Positions 37,101-48,316 of a stretch of DNA of 64,000 nucleotides are shown in pieces. Position 1 is the first letter of the stretch. Every line of letters begins with the position of its first letter. Both the position numbers and the translations under genes were made by a program. Source of the stretch: a virus. Its lineage: Duplodnaviria > Caudoviricetes. Location of the stretch: positions 1-64,000 of IMG/VR virus record IMGVR_UViG_3300036546_000109; one strand, given 5' to 3'. Below the pieces are notes generated by a model, which saw only the letters and a list, made by a program, of their open reading frames with translations, had not been told where the DNA came from and did not search any database.

Positions 37101-38072
37101 ATGACTTGGGTTGATAGCGTTGATAAAGCCTTTGATACTCTGAAGGCACAAGTGGAGCTTTTGAAGAAGAAAGCTGAAGATGCTTTTCCTTCTCCTATGA
37201 AGATTAGTGATCTTCCACGAGCAGAGAGTAGTAAATGGGCTGTTGCTCATGGATGGAAGATTGAAGGTGGTTATTGGTCTTCTACTCGCGACCCTAACAC
37301 TGTTGAAGAAGTGGACAAGCTTCTAGAAAAGGCTCTCTCTGTTCTTACAGAAGATATTCAAAAGCTGAAAGATGCACACGAAGTAAACGTCCCGGCTATC
37401 GAGAATAACCTTAAGATTCACGAGAAAGTGACACTGCTAATGCGGGACACTCTCAAAATCCCGTCTGGTTACAGCACTTACGAATACAAATCAAGTCGTA
37501 GTCGAAACAAGACAGAAACACGTCATACGGCAGGCTACATCGGTGATTTACAGCGTAATGTCAAGACTTCTGACGGTTATGAGCAAAAGCTGCGCGACCT
37601 CAACAGCTATCCAGAAACCTTTAAGCGAATTGCAAACGATTTGAAAGGAAAAATTCGTTCTGCTGAGGCTGAGAAAGCGAAAGCAGAAAAAGCTAAGAAA
37701 GAAGTGCTCGCTAAAGCTCGCTTGCAGGTGAAGTATGGGTTGACAGAGGACAGTGATTGGTCTGATGTGCTTGACATCCTCGACAGCAAGTGTAAATATT
37801 TCAAGCTTGCGCGAGCAATGGAGGACACCCGTAATGACTGGAACGAAGGGTATGGTCGTGTACAATACGCCATTTCTTCGTTCTCTGTAGAAACTCCAGA
37901 AGATCAGGAAATCTACGATGAAATCTTTGAGCTTGCACACGAATATGGTGATATCGATGGTCGAGTGTTCCGGGACACATGTCACAATTATTCGGTTCTT
38001 TACGGGAAGGTTGACGCTGAGTTGATGAGTGACTACAACACCCTGAAAGAATACTATGACACTTCTTGGTGA
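37101..38072 (+). CDS. hypothetical protein, coiled-coil rich
   Basis: 323 aa, GGAGG RBS. Confidence 0.75.
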   Translation: MTWVDSVDKAFDTLKAQVELLKKKAEDAFPSPMKISDLPRAESSKWAVAHGWKIEGGYWSSTRDPNTVEEVDKLLEKALSVLTEDIQKLKDAHEVNVPAIENNLKIHEKVTLLMRDTLKIPSGYSTYEYKSSRSRNKTETRHTAGYIGDLQRNVKTSDGYEQKLRDLNSYPETFKRIANDLKGKIRSAEAEKAKAEKAKKEVLAKARLQVKYGLTEDSDWSDVLDILDSKCKYFKLARAMEDTRNDWNEGYGRVQYAISSFSVETPEDQEIYDEIFELAHEYGDIDGRVFRDTCHNYSVLYGKVDAELMSDYNTLKEYYDTSW

Positions 38073-38421
38073 GGAATGATTTATGTTTGAAGCCTTCTTG
38101 ATTACGTTGATTGTTGTTGGGTGGTGTGTTGTCTCCGGCTTCCTGTTGTGGGGATTTTTCATTGAGTACGATTGATATTTTAAAGGGCTTCCGTCAATAT
38201 TCTCCAGAATCTCTCAGAGATTACACTTATCGGGGGTTGATTACATGCGGCTCCTATGATATGACCGATTTCCTTGAGCACATCTTTCAAGGGATGATTT
38301 CTGAAGCTGAGGCTGAGAGAATTGCTTTGGCTGAAGGAGAAAGGGCTTATGATGAGGGGTATAGTGAGGGCTGGAATGCCTGTGAGATTGATCGAGATTA
38401 AATATTGATAGGGGGTGGGGG

Positions 38422-40140
38422 GTGAGCGACTACGTTGTAGGAAAGAATCCTTGCAAACGTTGCAGGGCGAGAGGCAATGACCACAACGGAGACAATTTCC
38501 ACTTCTACGGAGAGGGTCTGGGTGGGCATTGCTTTGTTTGTAATTATACGCTGCCTTCTGACGATTGGTTGGCAGAGCATGGGGAAGTTAAAGAAGAGGA
38601 GTATGATCTAGTGGGAGCTGATTTTAACGATGACATCCACAAGAAACTGAAAGAGACGACGGGCGTAGATAGTAAAAACTATCGCAGCGTTCGTACAGAT
38701 GTGAGCAAACCGTTTGGCGTTCGTTATGCCTATTCTCAGGAAGATGGTAGCGTTGTTGAGACTTACTACCCTTGCACAAAGAATGGTGAGCTTTCGGGTT
38801 ACAAAGTTCGTCACCATGTAAAACGCTTTGAGGCAATTGGTGAAACAGGCAAAGATTGTGAGATGTTTGGGCAGTTTAAGTTCAAGACAAACAGTCATAC
38901 TGTAGTTATTACAGAAGGAGAGCACGACTGTCTGGCGGCATTCCAGATGCTGTCTGATGCACAGAAAAACAAACAATTTGACCCTGTGGCTGTGGTCAGT
39001 ACAACAATTGGTGGAGCAGGCGCCTACAAGCAAATTAAAAACAACTACGACTTCTTTAATCAGTTTAAGAAGATCATTGTTTGTATGGACGCGGATGCAG
39101 CAGGGGACAAGGCGACAGAAAGTGTCGTCGATGTTCTCCCTAAGGGGCGTGTATTTATCTTGAAGATGCGTTACAAAGACCCAAACTTTTACCTAGAAAC
39201 AAACAAAGCGACTGAGTTCATCTCAGATTTTTGGTCAGCTAAGCCTTACACACCTGCTGGAGTTAAAAGTGCGGCTGAGGGTATTGATGAGATTCCAGAT
39301 GAGTTGCGTAAACCACGGATTACCCTGCCGGAATATATGCACGTTATGCAGGACATGATGGGCGGGGGTATTATTCAGGGTCGCATAGCTAACGTGATCG
39401 CAGATACCTCGTGCGGCAAATCGACGCACGTTAATCGCATGGTATATCACTGGATTTTTAATAGCCCAGTAACCCCGACCATTGTAAGTCTTGAAGCCAC
39501 CGCTGCACAGTATATGTTGGAAATGTTGTCGATACATCTTGAGAAAAATCTTTTGTGGCGTATGACAAGTGAGCAGATTATTGATTTTCTTGGCACCGAG
39601 GAAGGACAACGGGTTAAGAACGAACTGGCCTACAAAGAAACAGGTGAGCCACGGTTCTTTATCATCGATGAGCGTGCCGGAAGTATCAAGGACATGGAAG
39701 CAGAAATGGAGATGCTTTTCCGTAAACACGGCAGTAGGCTCTTTGTTATTGACGTTCTTACAGACTTGCTACGCGGAAGCAGCGAACAGTTTTCCGAGGA
39801 TCACATGAATTTTCAGCGCAATATGGCAAAGAACGGGGTAACTACCGTGAACGTCCTGCATACACGAAAGCCACCACAAAATGCTGAAGGTAAACCACGT
39901 AAAGTTAGTGAATTTGATGCACTTGGGACGGGCAGCTTCGTGCAGTCGGCTGCCTACAACATTGTGCTAAATCGAGATAAGCTTTCGGAGTCTGAGATTG
40001 ACAAAAACACTACAGAAGTGGACTTGCCAAAATGTCGAGGCGGAAAAACGGGTTCAGCAGGTAAGTGGTTCTATGAATTTGAGAAAAGTAAGTGCCACGA
40101 CCTTGATGATTGGCTTCGTAACAACCCACAAGATTTTTAA
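38422..40140 (+). CDS. T7 gp4-like DNA primase-helicase
   Basis: N-terminal CxxC..CxxC Zn finger, TOPRIM (ITEGEHD, DADAAG), ADTSCGKST Walker A, KCRGG. Confidence 0.92.
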   Translation: MSDYVVGKNPCKRCRARGNDHNGDNFHFYGEGLGGHCFVCNYTLPSDDWLAEHGEVKEEEYDLVGADFNDDIHKKLKETTGVDSKNYRSVRTDVSKPFGVRYAYSQEDGSVVETYYPCTKNGELSGYKVRHHVKRFEAIGETGKDCEMFGQFKFKTNSHTVVITEGEHDCLAAFQMLSDAQKNKQFDPVAVVSTTIGGAGAYKQIKNNYDFFNQFKKIIVCMDADAAGDKATESVVDVLPKGRVFILKMRYKDPNFYLETNKATEFISDFWSAKPYTPAGVKSAAEGIDEIPDELRKPRITLPEYMHVMQDMMGGGIIQGRIANVIADTSCGKSTHVNRMVYHWIFNSPVTPTIVSLEATAAQYMLEMLSIHLEKNLLWRMTSEQIIDFLGTEEGQRVKNELAYKETGEPRFFIIDERAGSIKDMEAEMEMLFRKHGSRLFVIDVLTDLLRGSSEQFSEDHMNFQRNMAKNGVTTVNVLHTRKPPQNAEGKPRKVSEFDALGTGSFVQSAAYNIVLNRDKLSESEIDKNTTEVDLPKCRGGKTGSAGKWFYEFEKSKCHDLDDWLRNNPQDF

Positions 40141-40242
40141 GGGGCTTTTTGAACATTGTTTATAAGCTAACAAACCTTGATCGCGAAAGCGGTCGAAGGT
40201 TTATGTGTAGATTTTCTGCCGAAGTTTTGGAGGAATTGTTAA

Positions 40243-41121
40243 ATGACGATTGATTGGGCAAAGCATTTTGAGTACGACGAGAACAGCTTAACCTGTTTGG
40301 TGTGGAAAGATAAGTATAGGCTGGGTAGAGGGGGTAAACCTGTGCGTAGAATTAATGATGGACATGCCGGTAATCTTTCCCCGTCTGGTTACCCTGTTGT
40401 TACTTTGGACAAACGGCCATACTCCGCACAGAAGGTTGTATGGGAGCTATTTAATGGTCCCGTACCGGAGGGCAGGGACATATTGCCAAAAGATGGGAAT
40501 GCGTTAAATTGTAAAATTGGAAACTTAGAGTTGAATTTCGAGATACCTAAAGACGTTTACAAATATGGGAGCTACCTAGCTGAGTTTTTCGAGTACGACC
40601 CAGAATCCCCTAGCGGATTACGTTGGAAACGTATTTACAAGAAGGGTAGTACTAGCAAGCCAGGGGATGTGGTAGGCTCTAACGACAATGGGTATTGGCG
40701 CGTGCACGCTCTTGGCTCTCACTACAAGGCGCATAAAATAGTATGGGCATTGCATAATAACTTTGAAAGGCAAGAGGGCCTACATATAGATCACATTGAC
40801 GGCAACCCATCCAACAACAGAATTGAAAATCTGAGATTGGTGAGCGAGCACTTAAATGCGAGAAACAAGCCTATGATGAAAAACAATAAATCGGGTATAC
40901 ATGGGGTTTGTTTTCAAACCGTTAAGACAAAAGCTGGTAACTATATTGAGAGGTATGTGGCAGGGTGGCGTGGTCTTGACGGGAAACCAAAAACAAAGTG
41001 CTTCTCTGTAGGCAAATACGGCGCAGAGTTGGCTGAGTTTTTGGCGCAAGAGTACCGTCTCCACCAGATTGATTTGTTAAACTTAATGGGCGCTGGCTAC
41101 ACTGACAGGCACGGGACATAG
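40243..41121 (+). mobile_element. free-standing HNH homing endonuclease with a duplicated N-terminal module and AP2-like C-terminus
   Basis: AHKIVWALH..IDHIDGNPSNNRIENLRLV..N..N; FSVGKYG. Confidence 0.85.
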
Positions 41122-41126
41122 GGGGC

Positions 41127-41157
41127 TTGACGCCTCCTGCTTTTTCTGAAACAATAC
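41127..41157 (+). promoter_or_regulatory. promoter, TGAAACAATAC class
   Basis: TTGACG-N17-AACAAT with extended TG. Confidence 0.65.
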
Positions 41158-41184
41158 GTAAGATAAAGAAAACTAGGAGGTAGT

Positions 41185-43740
41185 ATGCAACCTTGGCATC
41201 TGGTGTGGGACATTGAAAGTACAGGACTGCTAAACAGCTCAAGCATTGACTACACAAGCGTTCCTTATAAGCTTAAGGATTCGTTTCGTATTCACTGTAT
41301 TGTTGTAAGCGTCGTTATGAACGGGAAGGAATATATTTACGGCTTCCATAATGGGGAGAAATATATCTTCGATGGTCGTGCATACTCCCTCACCGTTGAG
41401 GGTGTTGAATATAAGCTGGATGAAGGATATGAACCAGTGGATTATATCCATAAACCGTTAGAGGATTTTCCCAAGTTTGTGAAAGCCATCCCTGAAAATA
41501 GTGTAGTTGCCGCACACAACCAGATTAATTTCGACTTACTTGCCGTGAAGCTTTACTACGGTATTCCATACGAAGTTGAGAGAGATGTTTCGATGGGGTG
41601 TGATCTTGGTGATGACTATTGGGATGGCAAAAAGGTTGTGTTTGACGATACTTTAGTTCGCTCCAAAACACTCAACCCGGATCGATTCGGGGGACACTCT
41701 CTGGACGCACTCTCCGAGAAGACTGGCGTGCGTAAGATTGCATTTCGCAAGCATTTGCCGCAAGACGAACGCTTTAAACATTTCGGCCCAGACATGCTGT
41801 ACTACAACATTTATGACGTTAAGGCAAACCGGAGCATTCTGCCGATGCTTGATCTTGAACAGCAGGCTTACGGTTGGGGAAGTAAATGGAATCATGCCAT
41901 CAAGCTTGAAAAGGCTGTTGCTGAGCTGATTACCCGACAAGAGCACCGAGGGTTTAAGTTCGACCTTGAATTGGCGTATAAGAATCTGGATCGCTTGGAT
42001 GCGATGATGGAAGAGCGGAAGATGAAGATTGAAGCTATTCTTCCTAATCGCCCTGCGACTAAGAAAGTTATGGATGACAGCACACCTTGTAAAATTCAAT
42101 TCAAGAAGAACGGCGAAATTTCCGCGAACCTTGAGAAATTTGCTGAAAAGATGGGGGCTACATTAACAGAAGATAAGAAGTTTATTTACTCTGGACAGGT
42201 GTATGATCTACCACTACCTTTGGAGCCTCTTATCACAGAAATGAAGGCAACCGTAAACGACACTACGCACATCAAGGAGTGGCTAATTAGTCTAGGCTGG
42301 AGTCCTTCGGAATATAAAGAGAAAGACCTTACGGTAGATACAAAGAAGAATAAGCTTGCGCCTGAGAAGTTAAAAGCTGCCATAGATCGTTATGTGGAGC
42401 AGACGGTTGGAAGTAACTTCTGTAAAGATCGTTGTGAGCATTTGGGTATTGTAGTCGGTCCTCGTATGACGAAACAAACCATCAAGGATAAACTCAAACG
42501 CGAACTTGAGAAACGTGCAGAACGTCGTGGTGGCATTAAGGTACTGACTAACCCAAGCTTCACTGTCGGGCAAGAGAAAGAGATTTGTCCAGATTTGGAG
42601 AGGCTTGCTAGTTCTTCGGAAAAGCTTCGTTGCATTACAGATATTACCGAATATCTCACTTACCGCCATCGGCGTAACAGTATTCTCGGTGGTGGTGCTG
42701 ATTGGGACGACGATGAAGAGCCAGAAAAGGGTTATCTGTCTGCTGTACGGGAGGATGGGCGTATCCCTACACCGGCAGATACTTGCGGCGCTGCTACTTC
42801 AAGATTCAAGCACAGGCTTGTGGCAAATATTCCCCGTGTAACATCGCTGTTTGGGTATGAAATGCGAGCTATGTTTGGTGTTGATGAGCATTGTTACCAA
42901 ATCGGTTACGATTTTGATAGCCTTGAGGCGCGAGAAGAAGCAAACTTCTGTTGGCCCTTTGAAGTTGGAGAAGTTAAGGAGTATTGCAACTCCTTGCTTT
43001 TGGACAAACCGAACGATGTACATACGAAGATGGCAGAGAAGATTTCTGCTATTATTGCAAGGGAATTTACACGATCCCCTGCGAAGTCGGTTAAATATGG
43101 GGCAACCTACGGGGCACAGGGGCCGAAGATTGCAAAAACAATTGGTTGTGATGTCGAGACAGGGAATCAAATCTTTGAAGCTTTTTGGGAGGCCGCTGCC
43201 CCGCTTAAGAAGCTGAAAGATGCTCTGAATATTGAATGGGGGAAGTTTGATAAGAAACGTATTATTGGGATTGACGGTCGCTTGGTGCCTACACGCTCAG
43301 CTCACGCAATTCTAAACAGTAAGTTTCAAAGTGCTGGTGTTATCTGTGCCAAGCGTGCTATGGTGTTGCATGACCGCAAGCTGAGAGATGCAGGATTGTT
43401 GGTGGATTTCTTTAGAGACGATTGGACTAAGAAAGATTTTTGTCAGCAACTTATGGCCTATCACGATGAGGCTCAGTTGGAGACGAATAAAGGCTCTGTA
43501 GTCTTCAAGCGCTTTGAGACAAAAGAACAGGCGCAGGCTTTTAAAGATCAGCAGACGGAGCAGCATGGAAAGATTTGGAGTGATATCAAAGATTCACCCA
43601 AGGGGGGTGTTTACGTGGCTTATTGTTTGGGAGGGCATCTTGCGGTAGAGTCTGTGAATCAGTCTGGACGTGATTACGGAATGGTTATTGACTTGACTGC
43701 GGGGTATATGGTGGAGCGCTCGTGGGCAGGATGCCACTAG
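41185..43740 (+). CDS. polA: family A DNA polymerase with 3'-5' exonuclease
   Basis: WDIES, HNQINFD, YNIYD exo motifs; YDFDSLE (A), AKSVKYGATYG (B), YHDE (C). Confidence 0.93.
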   Translation: MQPWHLVWDIESTGLLNSSSIDYTSVPYKLKDSFRIHCIVVSVVMNGKEYIYGFHNGEKYIFDGRAYSLTVEGVEYKLDEGYEPVDYIHKPLEDFPKFVKAIPENSVVAAHNQINFDLLAVKLYYGIPYEVERDVSMGCDLGDDYWDGKKVVFDDTLVRSKTLNPDRFGGHSLDALSEKTGVRKIAFRKHLPQDERFKHFGPDMLYYNIYDVKANRSILPMLDLEQQAYGWGSKWNHAIKLEKAVAELITRQEHRGFKFDLELAYKNLDRLDAMMEERKMKIEAILPNRPATKKVMDDSTPCKIQFKKNGEISANLEKFAEKMGATLTEDKKFIYSGQVYDLPLPLEPLITEMKATVNDTTHIKEWLISLGWSPSEYKEKDLTVDTKKNKLAPEKLKAAIDRYVEQTVGSNFCKDRCEHLGIVVGPRMTKQTIKDKLKRELEKRAERRGGIKVLTNPSFTVGQEKEICPDLERLASSSEKLRCITDITEYLTYRHRRNSILGGGADWDDDEEPEKGYLSAVREDGRIPTPADTCGAATSRFKHRLVANIPRVTSLFGYEMRAMFGVDEHCYQIGYDFDSLEAREEANFCWPFEVGEVKEYCNSLLLDKPNDVHTKMAEKISAIIAREFTRSPAKSVKYGATYGAQGPKIAKTIGCDVETGNQIFEAFWEAAAPLKKLKDALNIEWGKFDKKRIIGIDGRLVPTRSAHAILNSKFQSAGVICAKRAMVLHDRKLRDAGLLVDFFRDDWTKKDFCQQLMAYHDEAQLETNKGSVVFKRFETKEQAQAFKDQQTEQHGKIWSDIKDSPKGGVYVAYCLGGHLAVESVNQSGRDYGMVIDLTAGYMVERSWAGCH

Positions 43741-43755
43741 TCTCCAAAAATCCCC

Positions 43756-43785
43756 TTGACAATCACTAAAACATGCTTCACAATG
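43756..43785 (+). promoter_or_regulatory. sigma70-like promoter
   Basis: TTGACA-N17-CACAAT. Confidence 0.55.
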
Positions 43786-43862
43786 TATGTACATTAACAG
43801 GAGCGGGACGTAACCCGCTAACGTTCAAACGCCACTGGGGCTTTTAAAAGAGGAGAGAAGAG

Positions 43863-44189
43863 ATGGCATCTGTAACTAAAACAATCACTGAAACAATCGG
43901 AGAAATTCAGAAAACAACATCCATGTATTTCAGTTCCTTTGAAGATTTCATGGAATATGAGCGTGTTGCTAATAAGGAGGGCCAACAAGACAACAAGACA
44001 GCTTTGAAAGAGCTTGTAGTAGGAAAGCAATACCGGGTTGTAAAAGATATCTCAGACCACTGTCAAGATATCGGAGACATTGTAACGGTCACGGAATATG
44101 ATGAAGAGGACTACCGTCTTCCGTATCGTGTGGAAGATGCTCTTGGTAATGGTAGTTGGCTTAAACCAGAAGAAGTGGAGGAAATTTAA
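43863..44189 (+). CDS. hypothetical protein
   Basis: GAGGAG RBS, 108 aa. Confidence 0.7.
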   Translation: MASVTKTITETIGEIQKTTSMYFSSFEDFMEYERVANKEGQQDNKTALKELVVGKQYRVVKDISDHCQDIGDIVTVTEYDEEDYRLPYRVEDALGNGSWLKPEEVEEI

Positions 44190-44546
44190 ATGAACATTGA
44201 AAAGATTAAAGCATGGGCTACAACAGATGAGAAAGGAAATGTAATTGCTTTGTGTGAGACACGCGATCAAGCGCGTTCTCAGCTTCGTTATGCAAAGCGT
44301 CATGGACACACTAAATTTAAGCTTGTTAAGCTTTCATTTGACAGTTTTCAACGATAAGGAGGGTGTATAAGATGTGGTTCATTTTGGGAATGATGTTTCT
44401 GATTATGTTTGGGCTGAAGCTTGCGGGAATTGCTACGATTAGCTGGGCTGTTGTCACTGCTCCTTTGTGGGCACCAGTGGTGATTGTGGGCCTTCTGTTC
44501 GTCTGCTCTACGATGTATTTTAAGAGCAAATAATTGAATTATTCTC

Positions 44547-44577
44547 TTGACGAAAAGAGAAAAGTTTGAAACAATAC
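44547..44577 (+). promoter_or_regulatory. promoter, TGAAACAATAC class
   Basis: TTGACG-N17-AACAAT. Confidence 0.65.
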
Positions 44578-44697
44578 AAAGCTTCAACGGAGGAGGAAAT
44601 TATGGAGGTAATAAATTTGACTGTCTAAATCTGATGTAAACGCACGCAACAAACGTAACAACAAATGTATTTTCAAAAGAAAGAGGATTTAAACATT

Positions 44698-45321
44698 ATG
44701 GCAACTGTAAACAACTGCACCTTCATCTACACCAAAATCCAATCTCCGGTTAAGGCTTATAATCAAGTCGATACCGAGTGGTCTGTAGATGTTGTGATGA
44801 GTAAAAAAGACGCGAAGGCTATCAAGAAGGAGTTTCCTAAGACTTCGCTGAAAGAGTTTGAAAACGATGAGTTTCAAGAAAAGTTTGGTTTTGCTGCTCC
44901 TTTCCCAGATCAGGACGAGCAGTATATTCTCAAGTTCAAGAAGTCTCATGTTAAGAATGGCAAAGAAACTCCTGAAAAGTACCGCCCACGGGTGATTCAA
45001 CAGCTTGCAGACGGTACTCGTGAAGACATCACCTTCACTAAGCTTGTTGGTAATGGTAGTAAGGGTGTTCTTTCGTATCGGATTAAGGAGACTTCTACCT
45101 ACGGCAATTTTGTAGAGCTGCAAGCAATCCTCGTAACTGATCTTGTTGAGTATCAGTCCAAAGGTGGTGGCGTTACAGACGACTTCGGTGATGTAGCCCT
45201 TGCCCCGGCACCACAATCTGAACAGGTTGTAGAGATTCAGGGTGATCCGAAGGCAAAGGCTAAGTCACGTCAGCCTACCCCTGAGCCTGACTTCGAAGAA
45301 GACCTAGACATTCCCTTCTGA
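44698..45321 (+). CDS. single-stranded DNA-binding protein, T7 gp2.5-like
   Basis: LVGNGSKG motif, acidic tail ending EEDLDIPF; lies in the replication module. Confidence 0.7.
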   Translation: MATVNNCTFIYTKIQSPVKAYNQVDTEWSVDVVMSKKDAKAIKKEFPKTSLKEFENDEFQEKFGFAAPFPDQDEQYILKFKKSHVKNGKETPEKYRPRVIQQLADGTREDITFTKLVGNGSKGVLSYRIKETSTYGNFVELQAILVTDLVEYQSKGGGVTDDFGDVALAPAPQSEQVVEIQGDPKAKAKSRQPTPEPDFEEDLDIPF

Positions 45322-45389
45322 TTTGTCTTTGTAAATCAATAGCTTACAAGCCCGTCTGAAATACGGCGGGCTATCTTAGGGGAAATGAG

Positions 45390-45599
45390 ATGAAAACCAT
45401 TAGCCTAACAGATGAAGAGGCTTACATCCTTGCTTGTATCATTGGCTATATGAAGCCAAACAGTAATGTATATGGTCTTTTAGGGAAGATGGATGCTCTT
45501 GTTGATAAAGAACTTGACTGTGATGACTTCGACCGAGTAGCTTTTCAGATAGACATTGAGAAGGGTCAAGTAAGTAACGTAGAAATCGTATTTAATTGA
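45390..45599 (+). CDS. hypothetical protein
   Basis: 69 aa ORF. Confidence 0.55.
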   Translation: MKTISLTDEEAYILACIIGYMKPNSNVYGLLGKMDALVDKELDCDDFDRVAFQIDIEKGQVSNVEIVFN

Positions 45600-45618
45600 T
45601 TGAGGAGAAAATAAAGAT

Positions 45619-45879
45619 ATGAGTATTTCCCAACGCGAATTGTTTGATCGTCTTGTTGATCTTGAGTCTCAGAAACTGACTATTGCTGACGATATCAAGC
45701 AGATTAAAGACGATGCTAAATATGATGAGGATGAGAATCCTCAAGGTATCAGCAAAGAAGATATTAAGCTGATTGCAGCCGCAGCAAAGCTTGAGGCTAA
45801 GCGTGATTACGAAGAGAAGCGTGAAGCTGCAACTGCCGTCTTCCGTAAATACGAAGAGCTTACTTGCTACAATAGCTAA
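45619..45879 (+). CDS. small DNA-binding protein, GapR/DUF2312- or T4 DsbA-like
   Basis: RLVDLE..K..IADDIKQIK helix pattern. Confidence 0.45.
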   Translation: MSISQRELFDRLVDLESQKLTIADDIKQIKDDAKYDEDENPQGISKEDIKLIAAAAKLEAKRDYEEKREAATAVFRKYEELTCYNS

Positions 45880-45885
45880 TTCAAA

Positions 45886-45911
45886 TGGGGCTGATTTACA
45901 GCCCCCCTTCT
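45886..45911 (+). terminator. intrinsic terminator-like hairpin
   Basis: GGGGCTG-ATTTA-CAGCCCC followed by a pyrimidine run. Confidence 0.55.
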
Positions 45912-45924
45912 TTTAGGAGGGAGG

Positions 45925-46557
45925 ATGACAAAGAAATATAAGTCCAGTTACTACAACTCGGGCGGGGTGTATAAGACACGACATTCCCCTCCTAGTAATG
46001 CTAAGACAAAGGCTTGTCAGTTGTGGGAAAATATCAAGAACAGGTGTGAGTATTTGCCATATAAAGACCCTGTACGTTTTGCTAACTATATAGATGTAGA
46101 TTGTTGTCCAGAGTGGAAAGATTTCCAAAACTTCGCACAGTGGTTTGAAAGCGTTGTTGAAAATGGATATTTTCACGAAGGTTGGCATTTGGATAAAGAT
46201 TTGTTGGTCAAGAATAATAAAATCTATTCCCCGGCGACCTGTGTATTTCTTCCAGAGGGAATCAATAAAGCACTCAGCACGAGGAGTGGGGATCGAGGGA
46301 AATTTCCGGCGGGATTGTGTTATGGGAAATTTTCTAAAGCTTTAGGTGAGATGACGTTGCAAGTTACTTTTAGTTGCAAGCATCCAGACTTCTATCTAAA
46401 AACGGTTGTTCCTATTTCTAGGCTCGAAGAGTGTTTTAAAATGTACAAAGATGCGCGGGAGAGCTACATCCGGTATCTTGCAGGTGTCCATAAAGAACAA
46501 CTTGACCCAAGAGCCTACGATGCACTTATGAAATATGAAATAACAATGGAGGACTAG
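45925..46557 (+). mobile_element. HNH-type homing endonuclease
   Basis: W..IKNRC, W.DFQNFA.W, LDKDLL..NKIYSPATCVFLP..IN. Confidence 0.75.
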
Positions 46558-47517
46558 ATGAGTTTATGTGTGATAGATGGTGACTTGATTGGGTTTAAAT
46601 CGTCTGCTGCTTGTGAGAAGCGATTTATTAAAGCTGTCCACAAAGCAACGTCTCGTAGCAAAGACTTCCAGCATCGGACAGCTTTCCGTGATTGGTTGAA
46701 AGAGCAAGATAAGTGGGAAGAGTCCGAGTTTGAAATTGTTGATGATAGGACTGTTGACCCAATTGAAAATTGCTTGCATACTGTGAAAGTGATGATTGAT
46801 AATATCTGGAAGGCTTCTGGTTGTGCTGAGTTTAAGATTGTTGTGCAAGGAGAGGGGAATTTTCGTGATAGCCTTCTCCTTCCAACAAAATACAAAAGTA
46901 ACCGAACAGACAGCATCCGACCCTTCCATCTGAAAGAAGTACAGAGCTATTTGATTGGTAAATACAAGGCAGAAAAAGCAAACGGCAGAGAGAGCGACGA
47001 TGTTCTTTCTTCTTATGCCTACGAAGGTTTTAAGACTAAAAAGCGCATTGTTCAGGCCACAATCGATAAAGACGCCAAGCAATGCGCTGGCTGGCTGTAT
47101 GATTGGGATAAGATGCAAGAACCGCGCTTTGTTAGTGGTCTTGGGGAACTGTTTCTGAACGAGAAAGGGAAGGTCGATGGTTATGGTAGAAAATGGCTGT
47201 ATCTTCAAGCTACAATAGGTGATCCAAGTGATGCTTATAAGCCAACGGAACTTTGTGGCATCAAGTATGGAGAGAAGGCAGCGCTGAAAGATTTTGCCGA
47301 TCTTAAGACAGACAAAGAGTGTTGGTTAAAGATGCAAGAGCTGTACAAGACTTGGTATCCAGAGGAAATCACTTATACAGCTTGGAATGGCCAAGACATC
47401 GTTGCTTCTTACCTCGATCTTATGCAAATCTATCTTGATTGCGGTCACATGCAGAGGTGGGAAGGAGATAGGGTCAATGTTCGAGATGTATTTGACAAGA
47501 TGGGAATTAGTGTATGA
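46558..47517 (+). CDS. 5'-3' exonuclease / RNase H, T7 gp6-like
   Basis: IDGD, NFR..YKSNR, ESDD, DKD..Q, GDPSDAY. Confidence 0.85.
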   Translation: MSLCVIDGDLIGFKSSAACEKRFIKAVHKATSRSKDFQHRTAFRDWLKEQDKWEESEFEIVDDRTVDPIENCLHTVKVMIDNIWKASGCAEFKIVVQGEGNFRDSLLLPTKYKSNRTDSIRPFHLKEVQSYLIGKYKAEKANGRESDDVLSSYAYEGFKTKKRIVQATIDKDAKQCAGWLYDWDKMQEPRFVSGLGELFLNEKGKVDGYGRKWLYLQATIGDPSDAYKPTELCGIKYGEKAALKDFADLKTDKECWLKMQELYKTWYPEEITYTAWNGQDIVASYLDLMQIYLDCGHMQRWEGDRVNVRDVFDKMGISV

Positions 47518-48047
47518 AAGAGCCTTGGGAGGAATACCCACACATATTCAAAACCAAGTCTGCTTTCTTCACATTCCTTCGTGGTAAGCTTCGACAAGCT
47601 CTTTGGAATCATTGGCCCGGAAAGATTGAGTTTAAGAAAGAGATGGCTTTTCTTCCACCAGAGGGTTACACTGGAAGGGCTAAGAAACTTGGGAAGTGTG
47701 CATTGACAGGAGAAGTTGATGCAATCTCTAAAATGCAGGTCGATCATATCATTGGCAATGTCAGCTTAAGAGATTGGGAGGATGTTCTTCCTTTTATTCT
47801 CCATCTCTGCGCAAGCAAAGAGAACATGCAGCTCGTAGCTGTAGAGGCGCACAAAATTAAGAGCTTCGCTGAGAAGAAAGGAATCAGCTTTGAACAGGCT
47901 GTCATTGAAAAGGAAGCGATTGCAATTTGTAAAGCTAAGCAGGATGTGGATTGGCTGAAAGAGCGAGGAATCAAACCAGATAAAAACGGTTTGAAGAGAC
48001 GAGGGCAAATTATTAAAGCTCTGATGGAGGAGAAAGAAAATGAATAA
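47514..48047 (+). CDS. HNH-fold endonuclease
   Basis: KCALTG..QVDH..NMQLV..H motif. Confidence 0.65.
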   Translation: MKEPWEEYPHIFKTKSAFFTFLRGKLRQALWNHWPGKIEFKKEMAFLPPEGYTGRAKKLGKCALTGEVDAISKMQVDHIIGNVSLRDWEDVLPFILHLCASKENMQLVAVEAHKIKSFAEKKGISFEQAVIEKEAIAICKAKQDVDWLKERGIKPDKNGLKRRGQIIKALMEEKENE

Positions 48048-48316
48048 ATATGAAGAGATGCTTGAGCTAGACAAGGATAATTTCTTTGCTTGTTGGTTCT
48101 TTGCAGAAATTGTTCAGTTTGGTGTGTTTGCTAATGTGTTTATGAGCCAGATTGGTGTGGTGTGATGGAATGCCAATATAAGCTTGGGTATGAGGATGCT
48201 CTTATCCAGTGTCTTGTAAATACAAAAGAGCTAATCAATGAGCTTGGAGAAGAGCAAGGGTTGAAAGCTCTTCGAGATTGGCTTAAACATGAGCTTAAGA
48301 ATATGGGAGGTGAAGA

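Noticed and set aside
38410-38423. G-run before the primase-helicase start, possible G-quadruplex
   Set aside because: Only two G tracts; adequately explained as an RBS-like region, or a homopolymer prone to sequencing error.
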